Shown: one piece after another, positions 10,105-20,927 of the stretch | Layout of the letters: each line of letters begins with the position of its first letter | Position numbering within the stretch: the first letter of the stretch is position 1 | Assembly (NCBI GenBank): GCA_040285745.1 | Contig: JAUFOR010000007.1 | Coordinates: forward strand, 62,001 to 126,000 | Direction: 5' to 3' | Length of the DNA: 64,000 nucleotides | Origin: Barthelona sp. PCE | Lineage: Eukaryota | The notes under the pieces: model-generated | Told to the model about the DNA's origin: nothing | Seen by the model: the letters and a program-made list of their open reading frames with translations, nothing else | Databases searched by the model: none | Translations under genes and position numbers: made by a program

Positions 10105-11973
10105 TTACTCGTGACAACTCCCATATGATGAGAAAGAATAAACACTGCAATCAGCCAAAAATTCTTCAATGTCTATGGTGCGTTCCTCCATACAGCATTC
10201 ATTGTCTTCACTGAACGTCAAAGTTGGAATTTTCAGCTGAAAAGCATCTATACGCTTATAAAATCCAGCGGCTACACCCTTCTCTGGAGAATATAATTCA
10301 CCTTCAATGTATGTAACCTTAGACTCACTTTCCACAGTCATATCCTCTGCGTTACACTTGAAAATTTGGTAATTAGTAACCAGCAATCCTCTGTCAATGA
10401 AGCAGTATCCATCATTAAGCATTCTCATATGTATTTCAACCAATCTGAGAGTATCATCTTCACAACACACATAAAAAATCTTTCTACCACAAACAAAGCA
10501 GCATTCAAATGGACAATAAAAATTTGGAACCATGCCCCAAACGTAATCATCACATGTGTGCTCTTTTGTTGAGATTATCTCTCCATCATCGCTTAAAACA
10601 TGAACTGTTAGAATGTTCCCATTACCAATATACCATACATAATTATCAACAAGTGAAAGAAAGTCGACCATCACTTCAAAATTCGAATCATTTATCTGTA
10701 TATTGTATTCTTCATCGATGTCGCAATACGAAGCAACGTAATGAGATCTATTGAACACAATATCATTGTAAACTGCATTCTCAACTTTATCAAAGCAACA
10801 AACTTGCTCATCATCAATCGTGCAACACACATTCTGCTCAGTTTCAGTTACATATCCAATTCGCCACTGTTGTGTTGTACTGTCGTATAGACGATACGCA
10901 GAATGCAGATTGTAATGCTTAAACTCATTTGTTGGGTGCAGAAGTGTGATGTAATTGTGCATGAACGAAAAAATTACTGGACATTTGCTAAGTGATCTGA
11001 TGGTCGGTGAGTACCAATAGGGAACTGCATCTATACCCAGGACAAACAAACAGTTCACGTCCCGACGATTCATCTGATAAAAAACGGTAAGCCCACTCTG
11101 CTTATCATGCTCTGTGCAAAAAACTTTACCGTTGAGCAAAACAAAATTATTATATGGGCTATAAACACTTGGGAACCACTCATTGGAGTATAAAAGTGGA
11201 ACGACACTGTCAAAGATGCGAACAATATCCATTTTGTTTCTTCCTTTCGGTAAAACATACGGAAAAGGAACCGTAACAAATTTGTTGTCAACAAGACGGT
11301 GTGATATCGCCTCGCCTCCTTTTATGGATATCAGCTGATTGTCACCCGGAGTTCTATCCAGTATCTCAACGGCGGAAAGCTCATCAAGAAAAGGATGATG
11401 ATCGACAAATAAAGGTTCACCTTCGTCGGTGAACGAAAACATGGCAACAGCTCTGTTTCCGTTCATGTGATAAGCACACACAAAAACAACTGAACTCTGA
11501 ACAACAAATTTTAAATTTCTACCCGCAATCACCAAACTGTTCTCACAATTCTGGTCAAGGTCATACATATTAAGATGCACTTTCCTCTTTCTTTTCTTGG
11601 ATTTGTACAATAAGAATCTTCTATCCAACATCCTCCCATGATCAAAGTGAAAAGGCAATTCATAGTTCTTCAAGTACGTAAACTCATTATTGTGGAATTC
11701 AAACAGCTCTAATAAGGAGTTGGTGCGACTGATCTTTACGGTACGGTGGAATATTGATGGTTCCAACAAGGTTGGCCTTAACATATCGACTTTCTTGCTC
11801 CCTGATGCTGATACATTTATAGGTGGACCTGAGACAGATTGTTTGTCGTTTATATCAATAATGCACAGCGATCTTTGCTTATTAATGTTCTCATTTGTGC
11901 TCGAAACGATAATATCATTGTTAATGTTAGTGAACGTGAAATTTTCTGTGATTTTGGGCTTAGACCGTGGCAT
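10105..11973 (-). CDS. lineage-specific beta-rich protein, family member 1
   Basis: 622-aa ORF sharing PKITENF, ML(R/K)PTLLEP, LDRTPGDN and the C-terminal I.(E/D)FL..C.V with 20928-22634. Confidence 0.8.
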   Translation of the reverse strand: MPRSKPKITENFTFTNINNDIIVSSTNENINKQRSLCIIDINDKQSVSGPPINVSASGSKKVDMLRPTLLEPSIFHRTVKISRTNSLLELFEFHNNEFTYLKNYELPFHFDHGRMLDRRFLLYKSKKRKRKVHLNMYDLDQNCENSLVIAGRNLKFVVQSSVVFVCAYHMNGNRAVAMFSFTDEGEPLFVDHHPFLDELSAVEILDRTPGDNQLISIKGGEAISHRLVDNKFVTVPFPYVLPKGRNKMDIVRIFDSVVPLLYSNEWFPSVYSPYNNFVLLNGKVFCTEHDKQSGLTVFYQMNRRDVNCLFVLGIDAVPYWYSPTIRSLSKCPVIFSFMHNYITLLHPTNEFKHYNLHSAYRLYDSTTQQWRIGYVTETEQNVCCTIDDEQVCCFDKVENAVYNDIVFNRSHYVASYCDIDEEYNIQINDSNFEVMVDFLSLVDNYVWYIGNGNILTVHVLSDDGEIISTKEHTCDDYVWGMVPNFYCPFECCFVCGRKIFYVCCEDDTLRLVEIHMRMLNDGYCFIDRGLLVTNYQIFKCNAEDMTVESESKVTYIEGELYSPEKGVAAGFYKRIDAFQLKIPTLTFSEDNECCMEERTIDIEEFLADCSVYSFSSYGSCHE

Positions 11974-12111
11974 AGATCAGTAAAAAAGCCCCGTTACCCC
12001 AAAAAAAAAACTTGAAAAGGAACAAAATTAAAAAAACACCATTAAAACTCCTTCAAAAGTGTTTATGATAAATATTTACTGCTAATGTGGGTCATATTGA
12101 TGCTTATGTGG

Positions 12112-12777
12112 TTATTTGATGGGTGGAGGCTTAAAATTAGGTTCCCAAGTGAAACCACAGTTTGTAGCAAAATCTTCAATACTCACCTCCATCTCAGCAT
12201 CAGAGAAAAAGTACATAAAATTCCTGTAAAGTCGTCTCCATCGGCACATCACATCATCCTTTGTTGATAATACCTTCCTAAAACTGGCATCGTCTATATC
12301 AATACCGCTCCTCTTAGATGACAATTCGCTCTTTGCTGTACATAGATGGGCCCGTAGTTCACTGCTTTCCTCAACTATCTCTTCAAATGTTGGTGTACTT
12401 ATCACCGTTGCAAGCTCTACTTTAGCCCTTTTAACTTCTTCTTTCAATTCTTCGGTTTCAGTTTCCATTGCTAATATCTCTTGCTTCATACCATCGATAT
12501 CCTCACGAGAGATTGTCTCCACATTGTCCTGATTTTGCCAAAATATCTTATCGAAATTGCACAAAAATCCAGTTTCTGTTAAATCAACAAGATAACGCTT
12601 CATTACTGTTGCTCCTGCACAACTGCTCAACGCTGCAGCAATGGTTGTGTTTGTGTGGACTCCGTTTGTTGCTTCAAACAATTCTTTAATGTGATTTGTA
12701 AAGTGCTTATCTTTAGCATCTTTTTTGGTCGGTAATTTTTGTCCACAGTGTGAGCAATCCTTTGACTTGGGTGCCAT
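12112..12777 (-). CDS. HOP2: Hop2/TBPIP-like meiotic homologous-pairing protein
   Basis: Winged-helix-like N-terminus, then IFWQNQD...IS.EDI (cf. Hop2 IYFADQD), a coiled coil with STPTFEEI, and a C-terminal WRR helix. Confidence 0.7.
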   Translation of the reverse strand: MAPKSKDCSHCGQKLPTKKDAKDKHFTNHIKELFEATNGVHTNTTIAAALSSCAGATVMKRYLVDLTETGFLCNFDKIFWQNQDNVETISREDIDGMKQEILAMETETEELKEEVKRAKVELATVISTPTFEEIVEESSELRAHLCTAKSELSSKRSGIDIDDASFRKVLSTKDDVMCRWRRLYRNFMYFFSDAEMEVSIEDFATNCGFTWEPNFKPPPIK

Positions 12778-12972
12778 TGTGTTTCAACAAATAAAATATT
12801 GACCCAAAAAAACTGTAAGGGTGGAACAAAGGAAAAACAAGAAAGAAATCGAAACGCTGTTCATTTTGCCTTTTTCGATCCATAATTGATGACAATCGAT
12901 CCACTAGAGACGAAATCTAATGCATGAAGCATATAAACTAAAGATCAGTGAATGAAAAACTAAAATTTACTA

Positions 12973-14613
12973 TTAAATGCGAAGATGGAGATCCAGTCTT
13001 TGCATAGGGAAGTCCCACTCTGCCGGACAACCGTCAAAGGGGAGGTTGGATGAATTAAACTTGAAAGCGGGAAGAACACCGCCGGGGTTACCGATATTAC
13101 GTGTGGGGGATACTTGATAATCAAAACCGTAGTTATCGTTGCTCATGACCATGGCACGGTTAACAACCTTAATGTCATGGGCACCAAAATCGTGAGCGTG
13201 GCCGTATTTGCAGGTGGAAGGACGAAGATCATAACGAGAGCTGAGAGACTGTGCTGGATCACCGTTAGAATAGCTGTAAGGCATACGGAAGTCGTTACGA
13301 CGCATGAGCTTGATGTAATCGTCATAATTTTGGACGCCAGGCATATAGTTCATGAACTGGTTGTAACGTGAGCTGTTATAGTATGTCCAGTAGGTCTCCA
13401 TCCACTTGGGGAGGGTGTGGACGTAGGCTTCGTATCCGGCGAGTCTGTACAGGGTCTTATCGTACGGAACGTTAAAGGAAGGCCAGAATCCGGGCTTGGC
13501 GATAGAGGCTGATGTGATATCATTGACAACAAGGGATGTAACATCTTGTACGTTAGTAAAGCCAGGGATGTACTCTGAGATCCAAACTGCACCAGTCAAA
13601 AGCGTCAGCTTGTTGTTCTGATCGACTGCCTTGTTGTAATCGATGATCATGTACTGGTTGTTGTATGTACCACTGTTATACATAATGATAGCGTTGGCAA
13701 TTGCCTCGGCGTCATTAGGGAACATTGTAACTGCAGAGTAAAGTCTAATAAAGTTTAGGAATGACTCAGGTGTCACGCGTTCATATATGTCATGGTTAAA
13801 TATGTTGAATGAGGTCTCCATGACAACGATATTTGATGAAAGGCGCCAGAAGTCGTCAACGCTGTGGAAGTGTGCAGGGGAGGCGGACACACTGTACCAT
13901 GAACCACCGACACGGTAGCGTTTAGCAATGTGGAAGGGTAAATTCGAGAAAGAATCCCATGTGACGTGACTGACAAACAGGTCGGTTGCGGTGAGACGTA
14001 CCGATGATGAACAGTGCGTGTTGGTCTGATAGAAATCAATATCTTTAACAAGCTTCTTGTTAAGCACGGTCGTGAGATCATCAAAATCTCCAGCAGCCAT
14101 CAGGCTGAACAGTTGATAATCTTTGAGTGTGGGGAGAGCTTCAAGCATACCATCAAATTGTTGAAACCACTGCGAGGCACCCTGTAAGAACTTACCTTGA
14201 CCCTTGATCATGGTACGGGACCACTTGATGTTTTTCTTCATGAAAGATATGACAGCTGGCGGTAAATCGGTGCATGTAGAAGTGCCAAAATCGTCACAAA
14301 GACCCTTTTGGAAAAGATTGTAGCTCGTCAGAATTGTCTTCTTGGTGAGAACGCCTTCCAAAAAGCCAACAGCCTTGAAAACACCAGTATTTCTATTCGG
14401 CAAGTGATTGGACTCAATGACCAATGTTGAGAAGCCAGCATCGGTGAGGCTGTTGTTAAAACTACCAAACGCAAGGCTAGCCGTGTCCAACTTATCGCTA
14501 AACCTTAACTGGTTCTTGTACATGGAAACAGATCCGTATACAACCTCCGCAGAGGCAACATGTGCAGTGATGCCCAAGAGTAATGCAACTACTAGCAGAT
14601 TAAAAGTATTCAT
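12973..14613 (-). CDS. phospholipase B-like (PLBD) Ntn-hydrolase, secreted/lysosomal
   Basis: Signal peptide, GFLEG, HCS autocleavage site, SHVTW, SVDDFW, YNSGTYNNQYMIID, SFNVP, RYDL. Confidence 0.92.
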   Translation of the reverse strand: MNTFNLLVVALLLGITAHVASAEVVYGSVSMYKNQLRFSDKLDTASLAFGSFNNSLTDAGFSTLVIESNHLPNRNTGVFKAVGFLEGVLTKKTILTSYNLFQKGLCDDFGTSTCTDLPPAVISFMKKNIKWSRTMIKGQGKFLQGASQWFQQFDGMLEALPTLKDYQLFSLMAAGDFDDLTTVLNKKLVKDIDFYQTNTHCSSSVRLTATDLFVSHVTWDSFSNLPFHIAKRYRVGGSWYSVSASPAHFHSVDDFWRLSSNIVVMETSFNIFNHDIYERVTPESFLNFIRLYSAVTMFPNDAEAIANAIIMYNSGTYNNQYMIIDYNKAVDQNNKLTLLTGAVWISEYIPGFTNVQDVTSLVVNDITSASIAKPGFWPSFNVPYDKTLYRLAGYEAYVHTLPKWMETYWTYYNSSRYNQFMNYMPGVQNYDDYIKLMRRNDFRMPYSYSNGDPAQSLSSRYDLRPSTCKYGHAHDFGAHDIKVVNRAMVMSNDNYGFDYQVSPTRNIGNPGGVLPAFKFNSSNLPFDGCPAEWDFPMQRLDLHLRI

Positions 14614-14882
14614 TCAATGATAAAACTGAAAATAGTTACTGAACGATTCTATCATATTTTTTGCTGGAATTAGAGTTTTTGTATGCCAATTGATCAATTA
14701 TGCGGAAAATTTTTCACTGAACCACACTTCAAATTCACATTTCTCTACAACTCCAAATGGTAAATGGTAAAGAAAAAGCAGGACGTTATAAAGGATTTAT
14801 AGACCATATACATGATACATACTGATTCTCTGCCATACATTCTATGGTCAAATTCGTAAACTTCATTTCTTCCCTTTTCATA

Positions 14883-16675
14883 ATGCCTCGGTTGAGAACC
14901 ATAACAACAGCCAGTGGTATGGTGCTTCAACCCTTCAAAATGGGCAATTTTACTCTCTTCAGGGTCAAAAAACTAGCAGGGAAGAAAGTTCCTTTTTCGT
15001 TGCTCATAATAAAATTCCTGACATTTTGAGCAGGGAATTGCCGCAGTTGTATGTCTGTAAGTGCTCCCCCGATGCCTGCTTCAGTCAAGATGGGTTAATA
15101 GTGAAGTTTAAAGACAATTCATTTGTCTTGCATAGGTCACATGTGCTTCAGCGCGGAATGGGAAACATGAAGACCATGATTGGTGATAGGTACGTGGTCT
15201 ATGGTGAAGCGAATGTCTATAAGTTTTTCGACATTGAGATAAAGGAAGTGGTTCATAGTATCGATGGTTTTCAGTTTTTGAGAAACATAAACCTCACAAC
15301 ACACCTTGCCTATTTCAAAGTTGAAAATCATCCATCGAACTTCACAGCTGTATACTTGAATGATGCACAAGAAATATGTGAAGGGAAGTTGGCATTCCCA
15401 TCATTTTTTGAGAATGGTGGACAAGTGGTACGTGTAGTTAACCATCCTGAGTACGTTGATGCAATTATTACCCACTCATCGCTTCACTTTATTTCCTTTG
15501 TGAACGGTAACCCTTGCATTTGTGCTGATAGTATTTCAGTCACAATTCCAAAATATCTGGTGCTGTCGTGCATCTATTACATTAACGGGCAATTTTTCTA
15601 CTTTACAAATGAGCAGCAAGTTTATACATTCAATGAAGAAGGATCTGCAGTTTTTGATTCTTCTTTACGTGATACCGGTTGGCACATTCCTTTGAAAGGC
15701 GAGTTACTGTGCAGTGAGTGGAAGTTTAACGCGGTAACCAGGCTCACAATTCACCCGACCAGTGCGTTGTTTGTGTTACAGAGGAATAACGCTTTAAAAA
15801 GCATCAGACACTTTTCCCTGCCTTGTTTACATTCACAGAATCTAATGGTACTTATTTCTCCGTGGAATGGTTACTTAGCTGTTTTTAAGAACCATCTTAA
15901 TGATCATTCAACCATTATGAAAAGCCGTGCTCATCAATTTGTTCGTATGAACACTAACATGGTTGAGGTGGTTGACACTGCAAATGGTGATGTCCTGCGT
16001 AGTTTTGAAATGAGAAATTCAGAGTGGAGACAAATTGATGCAAACCTAAATGGTGTAATTGCCAAAGACCCCGAAGGTAAAGTGTACACTCATCATGGTT
16101 TGTACATGGAGAGGCCTTGTCAGAAGCTTACACTATGCGGTAGTACGGCAGTGATTGAGTTCTATGATTCCCTAATGCTTTTAAGGGTAAGCGATCTTAG
16201 AGAATGCGAAGCTCCTGTGCATGAATACTTGAATGTGACCGTCAACGAATTTGATGTGCACAAGTTCATTGTTGGATGTTATGACAGAGGTTATGTCCAC
16301 TCTGACATTCTTTTATGGGATATTGAAACCAATACAGTGGAGGAAGTACCATATAAACCGGGTATTGACAGTGACATTGCATGGTTTTGGATCGACGAAA
16401 AGCACTTTGTCGATAATGGCAATGTTTTCCGTGTGGACAATACTGTTGTTGACCTGGGATGGTACATTCCTTTCCTGAACACTTCAGGAAGAGATGTCAA
16501 GATATATGTGGTTGGTAAGTGTGATGTATGCGTTCTAAACATACTTATAGATGACTTCAAGGTAATGTATACTCGTTACAGTTTGAATGTGGCAGACTGT
16601 ACCTTTGATGAGCAAGCAGTTGAGGTCAACATTCTTGACTTCGTGGCTTCATGTAATATTAGTGTGTTTTCATAG
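14883..16675 (+). CDS. lineage-specific beta-rich protein, family member 2 (apparent frameshift near the 5' end)
   Basis: The long frame ends VNILDFVASCNISVFS like the other members. The ATG at 14883 (MPRLRTIT, after CCTTTTCA) is in a different frame; one extra A in the A6 run at 14967-14972 would join them. Confidence 0.6.
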
Positions 16676-16716
16676 GTTAAATATCGTTGAACATAATAAT
16701 ATAACTCATCGTTTAC

Positions 16717-19062
16717 TCAATACTCGACCGCCTCAATCAATTTAAACAAATTCTTTAACACATTGCCTAACTCAGTAACATACGCAGCGCAACAATAATT
16801 AGCCGTTTCAAGAGGAAGAACGTGTGAACTCTTGACATACTCCAGTTGTGTAACGGTCAAATCAAGTATGAAGGGTAAATCCTCGTCATTTCTATCCTGA
16901 TTCCTTAAAGAGCTCAGTAATGATGCAATCTTCTGCGCCATGCTCTTTTGGAGAACTGTCTGCTCCTCACCAATCTCGTACAACTCAGGCATCATCGTTT
17001 GCAACTGTTCACGGCATGTCAGTAAACCGTCCACCACGCTGGAGTTGTTCTTCGATTGCAGTTTATACCGACCAATAATGTCCTTCATATCAACCACAGC
17101 CTTCTGGAGGTTGTCACTGCGAGCGTTGGTCTCTGTCATGTATTCCTTCTGAATGGATACAACGTTATCCATGAGGATCTCCACCAGTCCGTTCAGCTCC
17201 AGCAACTCCCGGTTGAACATGTGCTCGCTGTCCTTCTTCTCGATGAGCTTGGTCTTTGTTGCATTGAGCTGATTGGTTTTATCCTCAATATCATTCTGCT
17301 GCTCCTCAATAATTTCAGTATTCTGCATTGCCAGTTTCTTCAGCGAGCCCACCTCGTCAAATACACCGTTGATCGTGTTACTAACAGACTTAAATTCAAT
17401 CTGCATACGTTCCAGAATACCTTCGAGATTGGTCTTCTCCTTGTTCAAAGCAACGGTCTGACGCTTGCGCTCTGCTATTTCTGCCTTCAGCGCGTAGTTT
17501 TCTTCGACGTTCTGCATTTGCAGCTCCTCGAACTCTGTGATGACCTGCTCGAAATCCAGCCGCATATCTTTGCACTTTGATGTGAAGAGCTTCTTCTCTT
17601 CCTCAATAGACTGTAGCTTTTTGTTTTGCTCCTCCAATAAATCGTTTTGTTGGTCTAGCGCCTTGTTTTGTTGTTCAAAACGATCCATAAATTGTTCAAT
17701 CCTGGTGTTAGCATTCCTCAACTCCGCTTCAGCTGCCTCATTCTTTTGGTTCAATAAACTCAGTTCATGGCTATTCTTCTCGCCCTGTCGTGTGAAGTTT
17801 GCGATACTTGCCTTGAGCTCAGTGTTATCATCAATAAACATCTGCAACTCGAAGCATACCTCCTCAAGCTCTTCTTTTGTGTCAGTAATATCACTATTGA
17901 GCGACTTAATGATCATATCCTTTTCCTGAACTGCTCCCATGAGCTCCGAGATGCGCACATCCAGTACGTTACCGCGCTCGCTGCTCTTGTCAGACAAGCT
18001 CTTATACTCCTTCTCCATTGTCTTAATACGTTCATTAAGAGTCGCAATTATATCCTTCAGCTCATGTACTTCTGCCTCTCGTTCATCCAAAACACGACGG
18101 CTCTCACCGGTTTCAGCAGATAAACTCTGAAATTCCCCTTCTTTCGCATCAATTCGCTTCTGTAAAGCAGAAATTGTATCTTCAAGCTCGTTCTTAATAG
18201 TGTTGCGTTCGTCACGAACGCTTGCCAGCTCAAGTTCATGTACTTCCTTGGTAGACTTCAACTCATCTAAAACGTTCACCGCATCTGCCTTCAGCTCATC
18301 AATTGTGTCATCTCTCTTTGCGATTACTTCGCGCTGCCTCTCAATTGATGCGTTCAGATCATCAATTAGAGACTCCTTCTCCTTCACCAGCGTTGAAGAG
18401 TCATTCAGTGAATCCTGAAGTTCACCCATACGTTCGCTGTTTCGCTCCAAACCTTCAATTACTTCAGATAGGAAGCCAACCTGCTGCTTGTAGTCAGCAA
18501 GCTCTGACTTAACGCCGGATATCTCCTCGTCCTTACTCTTGATTTCGGTTGACAAATTACCAACCTCGACTTTTGCATCGTTCAAAGACGTTGTTTTGTG
18601 TTGTATCTGATCACGGAAGTCCTCAAACAGCCTGTTATACTCGTCTATCTCGTCTGCGTGGCGCTTCTTCAAGGAACGACACTCAGATACCTTATCATCA
18701 TATTTTCGACGATATACTTCAGCCTGATCCTCCAACTCGTCATATTTTGAGTGTTCTTTGTCCATCTCCTCTTCCAACTGCTTCCGTAAGTGTCGGATGT
18801 CAAGGCGCAGCTCTGTATTTTCCGCTTCAAAAGCATCGCGCTGAGTTGTGATTTCTGAATTCACAATATTTAAGCGGTCAATTACCAACTCCTTATCATG
18901 CAGATCCCCTTCCAAGATGGTTATGCGCTCTTTATGCTGTGAAAGTTTCTGTGACTGATTCTTAAAAAGCGCTCGAACTTGCGGGGTATGTTGCGGAGTA
19001 TTGGGTATTGTCCCTGTAGCGCCCTGCCCATTTTTGATCGGTGTTACTGGTACTTCACTCAT
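16717..19062 (-). CDS. long coiled-coil protein (781 aa), function unknown
   Basis: E/K/L/Q-rich heptads over nearly the whole length; N-terminal TP motifs. Confidence 0.85.
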   Translation of the reverse strand: MSEVPVTPIKNGQGATGTIPNTPQHTPQVRALFKNQSQKLSQHKERITILEGDLHDKELVIDRLNIVNSEITTQRDAFEAENTELRLDIRHLRKQLEEEMDKEHSKYDELEDQAEVYRRKYDDKVSECRSLKKRHADEIDEYNRLFEDFRDQIQHKTTSLNDAKVEVGNLSTEIKSKDEEISGVKSELADYKQQVGFLSEVIEGLERNSERMGELQDSLNDSSTLVKEKESLIDDLNASIERQREVIAKRDDTIDELKADAVNVLDELKSTKEVHELELASVRDERNTIKNELEDTISALQKRIDAKEGEFQSLSAETGESRRVLDEREAEVHELKDIIATLNERIKTMEKEYKSLSDKSSERGNVLDVRISELMGAVQEKDMIIKSLNSDITDTKEELEEVCFELQMFIDDNTELKASIANFTRQGEKNSHELSLLNQKNEAAEAELRNANTRIEQFMDRFEQQNKALDQQNDLLEEQNKKLQSIEEEKKLFTSKCKDMRLDFEQVITEFEELQMQNVEENYALKAEIAERKRQTVALNKEKTNLEGILERMQIEFKSVSNTINGVFDEVGSLKKLAMQNTEIIEEQQNDIEDKTNQLNATKTKLIEKKDSEHMFNRELLELNGLVEILMDNVVSIQKEYMTETNARSDNLQKAVVDMKDIIGRYKLQSKNNSSVVDGLLTCREQLQTMMPELYEIGEEQTVLQKSMAQKIASLLSSLRNQDRNDEDLPFILDLTVTQLEYVKSSHVLPLETANYCCAAYVTELGNVLKNLFKLIEAVEY

Positions 19063-19734
19063 GTGAAGATTGCCTTGTGTCTGAAATAGTAGAAATAGAT
19101 GAAAACAGGAGCTGTACTTGATAATAGATGTTGCATCTGACTTTTCACCATTTCCTGCGTAAAAATATGGAGGTGTGGGACATAATATCCATATAAATAC
19201 GTTAAAAACAATTCTGGTCTTTTAACACTCTATTAACATATTCATAACATTTTTACCGCTATGTAGCTACTATTATATGTTTATCTTTCTGCTTTTCAGT
19301 CATTGTATCGAGTAAAAACACAATAAATATGAAATCAAAAAACGAAACCCTCACTGCAACAAAGTTGTGGTATGTACATGGATTTTTCCTTTTCTTTTCA
19401 CATTTGTATACTTGTGACACAGTGTCACTATGATAAAACAGCAAACACAAACAATAAAAGAAATATTTGAACAAGGACAGATCCGAATGATTTAGAAACT
19501 GTTATCAAACACACAAACCTCCCTAACCCCTCAAATATATTTTGAAAATACAATATTTACTGTCCTACAAAAAATCTTTGGATTCGTTCAACACACACAA
19601 CTTTCTCAGTGATTTCACACCGCGAAACACTCACCATACAGACAATCTCACTTATGACAGATGAGATGTTAAAGCAAGGACCAAAAGAACATCATAGTAG
19701 GTTTTATTCACCTTTTCATTCCCTTTTCTCACAA

Positions 19735-20888
19735 ATGTTAGTTTCTGGAGCTGCTCTTTTCAAGGCTGCCAAGGCCGGCAAGTTCGGTATCGGTGGTATG
19801 TTAATATAGCAAAAGTTTCATTGCCTAATCGTACAGTGTATTATTATGGTTCATTTTACGAAATATCTGGGCAATGTGTAACGCTTAGTACCTTTATAGT
19901 ACATTACTAATACCTAGGTTTCAACATCAACAACTTGGAGAACGTCCAAGCCATTGTCGCTGCTGCCGCTGAAGTCAACGCCCCTGTTATCTTCCAAGCT
20001 TCCAAGGGTGCCATTGCTTACTCTGACATTCGTTATCTTTCCTCTATGATGACCGCTTGTTCTGAGCTTCACCCCGAGATCCCTATTGCTCTTCACCTTG
20101 ATCACGGTAACATTGCTACCTGCAACCTCATCCTCGACAAGTACGAGGCTCTTGTTAACGCTGGTGTTTCTCTTGATGATGCTGTCAAGGAGGTTGGTTT
20201 CACTTCCCTCATGATTGATCTCTCCCACGAGGACCTCGAGGTCAACATCTCAGAGACCAAGAAGATCGTTGATCGCGCCCACCTCTACGGTATCTCTGTT
20301 GAGGCCGAGATTGGTGTTCTTGCCGGTGTCGAAGAAGATGTCACTGCTGAGAAGTCCAACTACACTGACCCCGTTGAGGCTGTCAGAATCTGCACAGAGT
20401 CCAACCTTGATGCCCTTGCTATCAGCTGTGGTACCGAGCACGGTGCTTACAAGTCCATTGCCGGCAACAAGGACGGTCTCCAGTACGATTTGATTCAGGA
20501 AATCTCCAACGTCACCAACAAGCCTCTCGTCTTGCACGGTGCCTCTTCTGTTCCCCCAGAGCTTGTCAAGCTCTGCAACGATCACGGTGCTGACTTGAAG
20601 AACGCCGGTGGTACCCCTATGGAGGGTATTGTCGAGGCTGTTACCAGAGGTATTGCCAAGATCAACGTTGACAGTGATTTCCGTCTCGGTGTTTGCGGTA
20701 CCATCCGTAAGTACATGGCTGAGCACCCCGCTGTCTTTGATCCCCGTAAGTTCCTCGGTGCTGCCCGTGATTTCCAGAAGGAGCTCGTCAAGGAGAAGAT
20801 GATTGCATTCGGTCAGGCCGGTAAGATCTGCCCTGAGATGTTTGTCACCCTTAGCCAGCAGGCCGAGATCTACGCCAACGAACAGTAA
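19735..20888 (+). CDS. FBA: class II fructose-1,6-bisphosphate aldolase (exons 19735-19795 and 19918-20888)
   Basis: The spliced product reads MLVSGAALFKAAKAGKFGIG-GFNINNLE. Motifs ALHLDHG, GFTSLMID, VEAEIG, GTEHGAYK, LVLHGAS, KINVDSD, FDPRKFL. Confidence 0.95.
19796..19917 (+). other. spliceosomal intron, 122 nt (phase 1)
   Basis: GTATGT...TACTAATACCTAG; removal restores the conserved aldolase G-x-F-N motif in frame. Confidence 0.93.
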
Positions 20889-20927
20889 ATAATCATTGTA
20901 TATTTACACTATGCACACATTTACAAA

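Noticed and set aside
19259-19474. 71-aa minus-strand ORF
   Set aside because: Non-ATG start and low-complexity AT-rich translation; no support.
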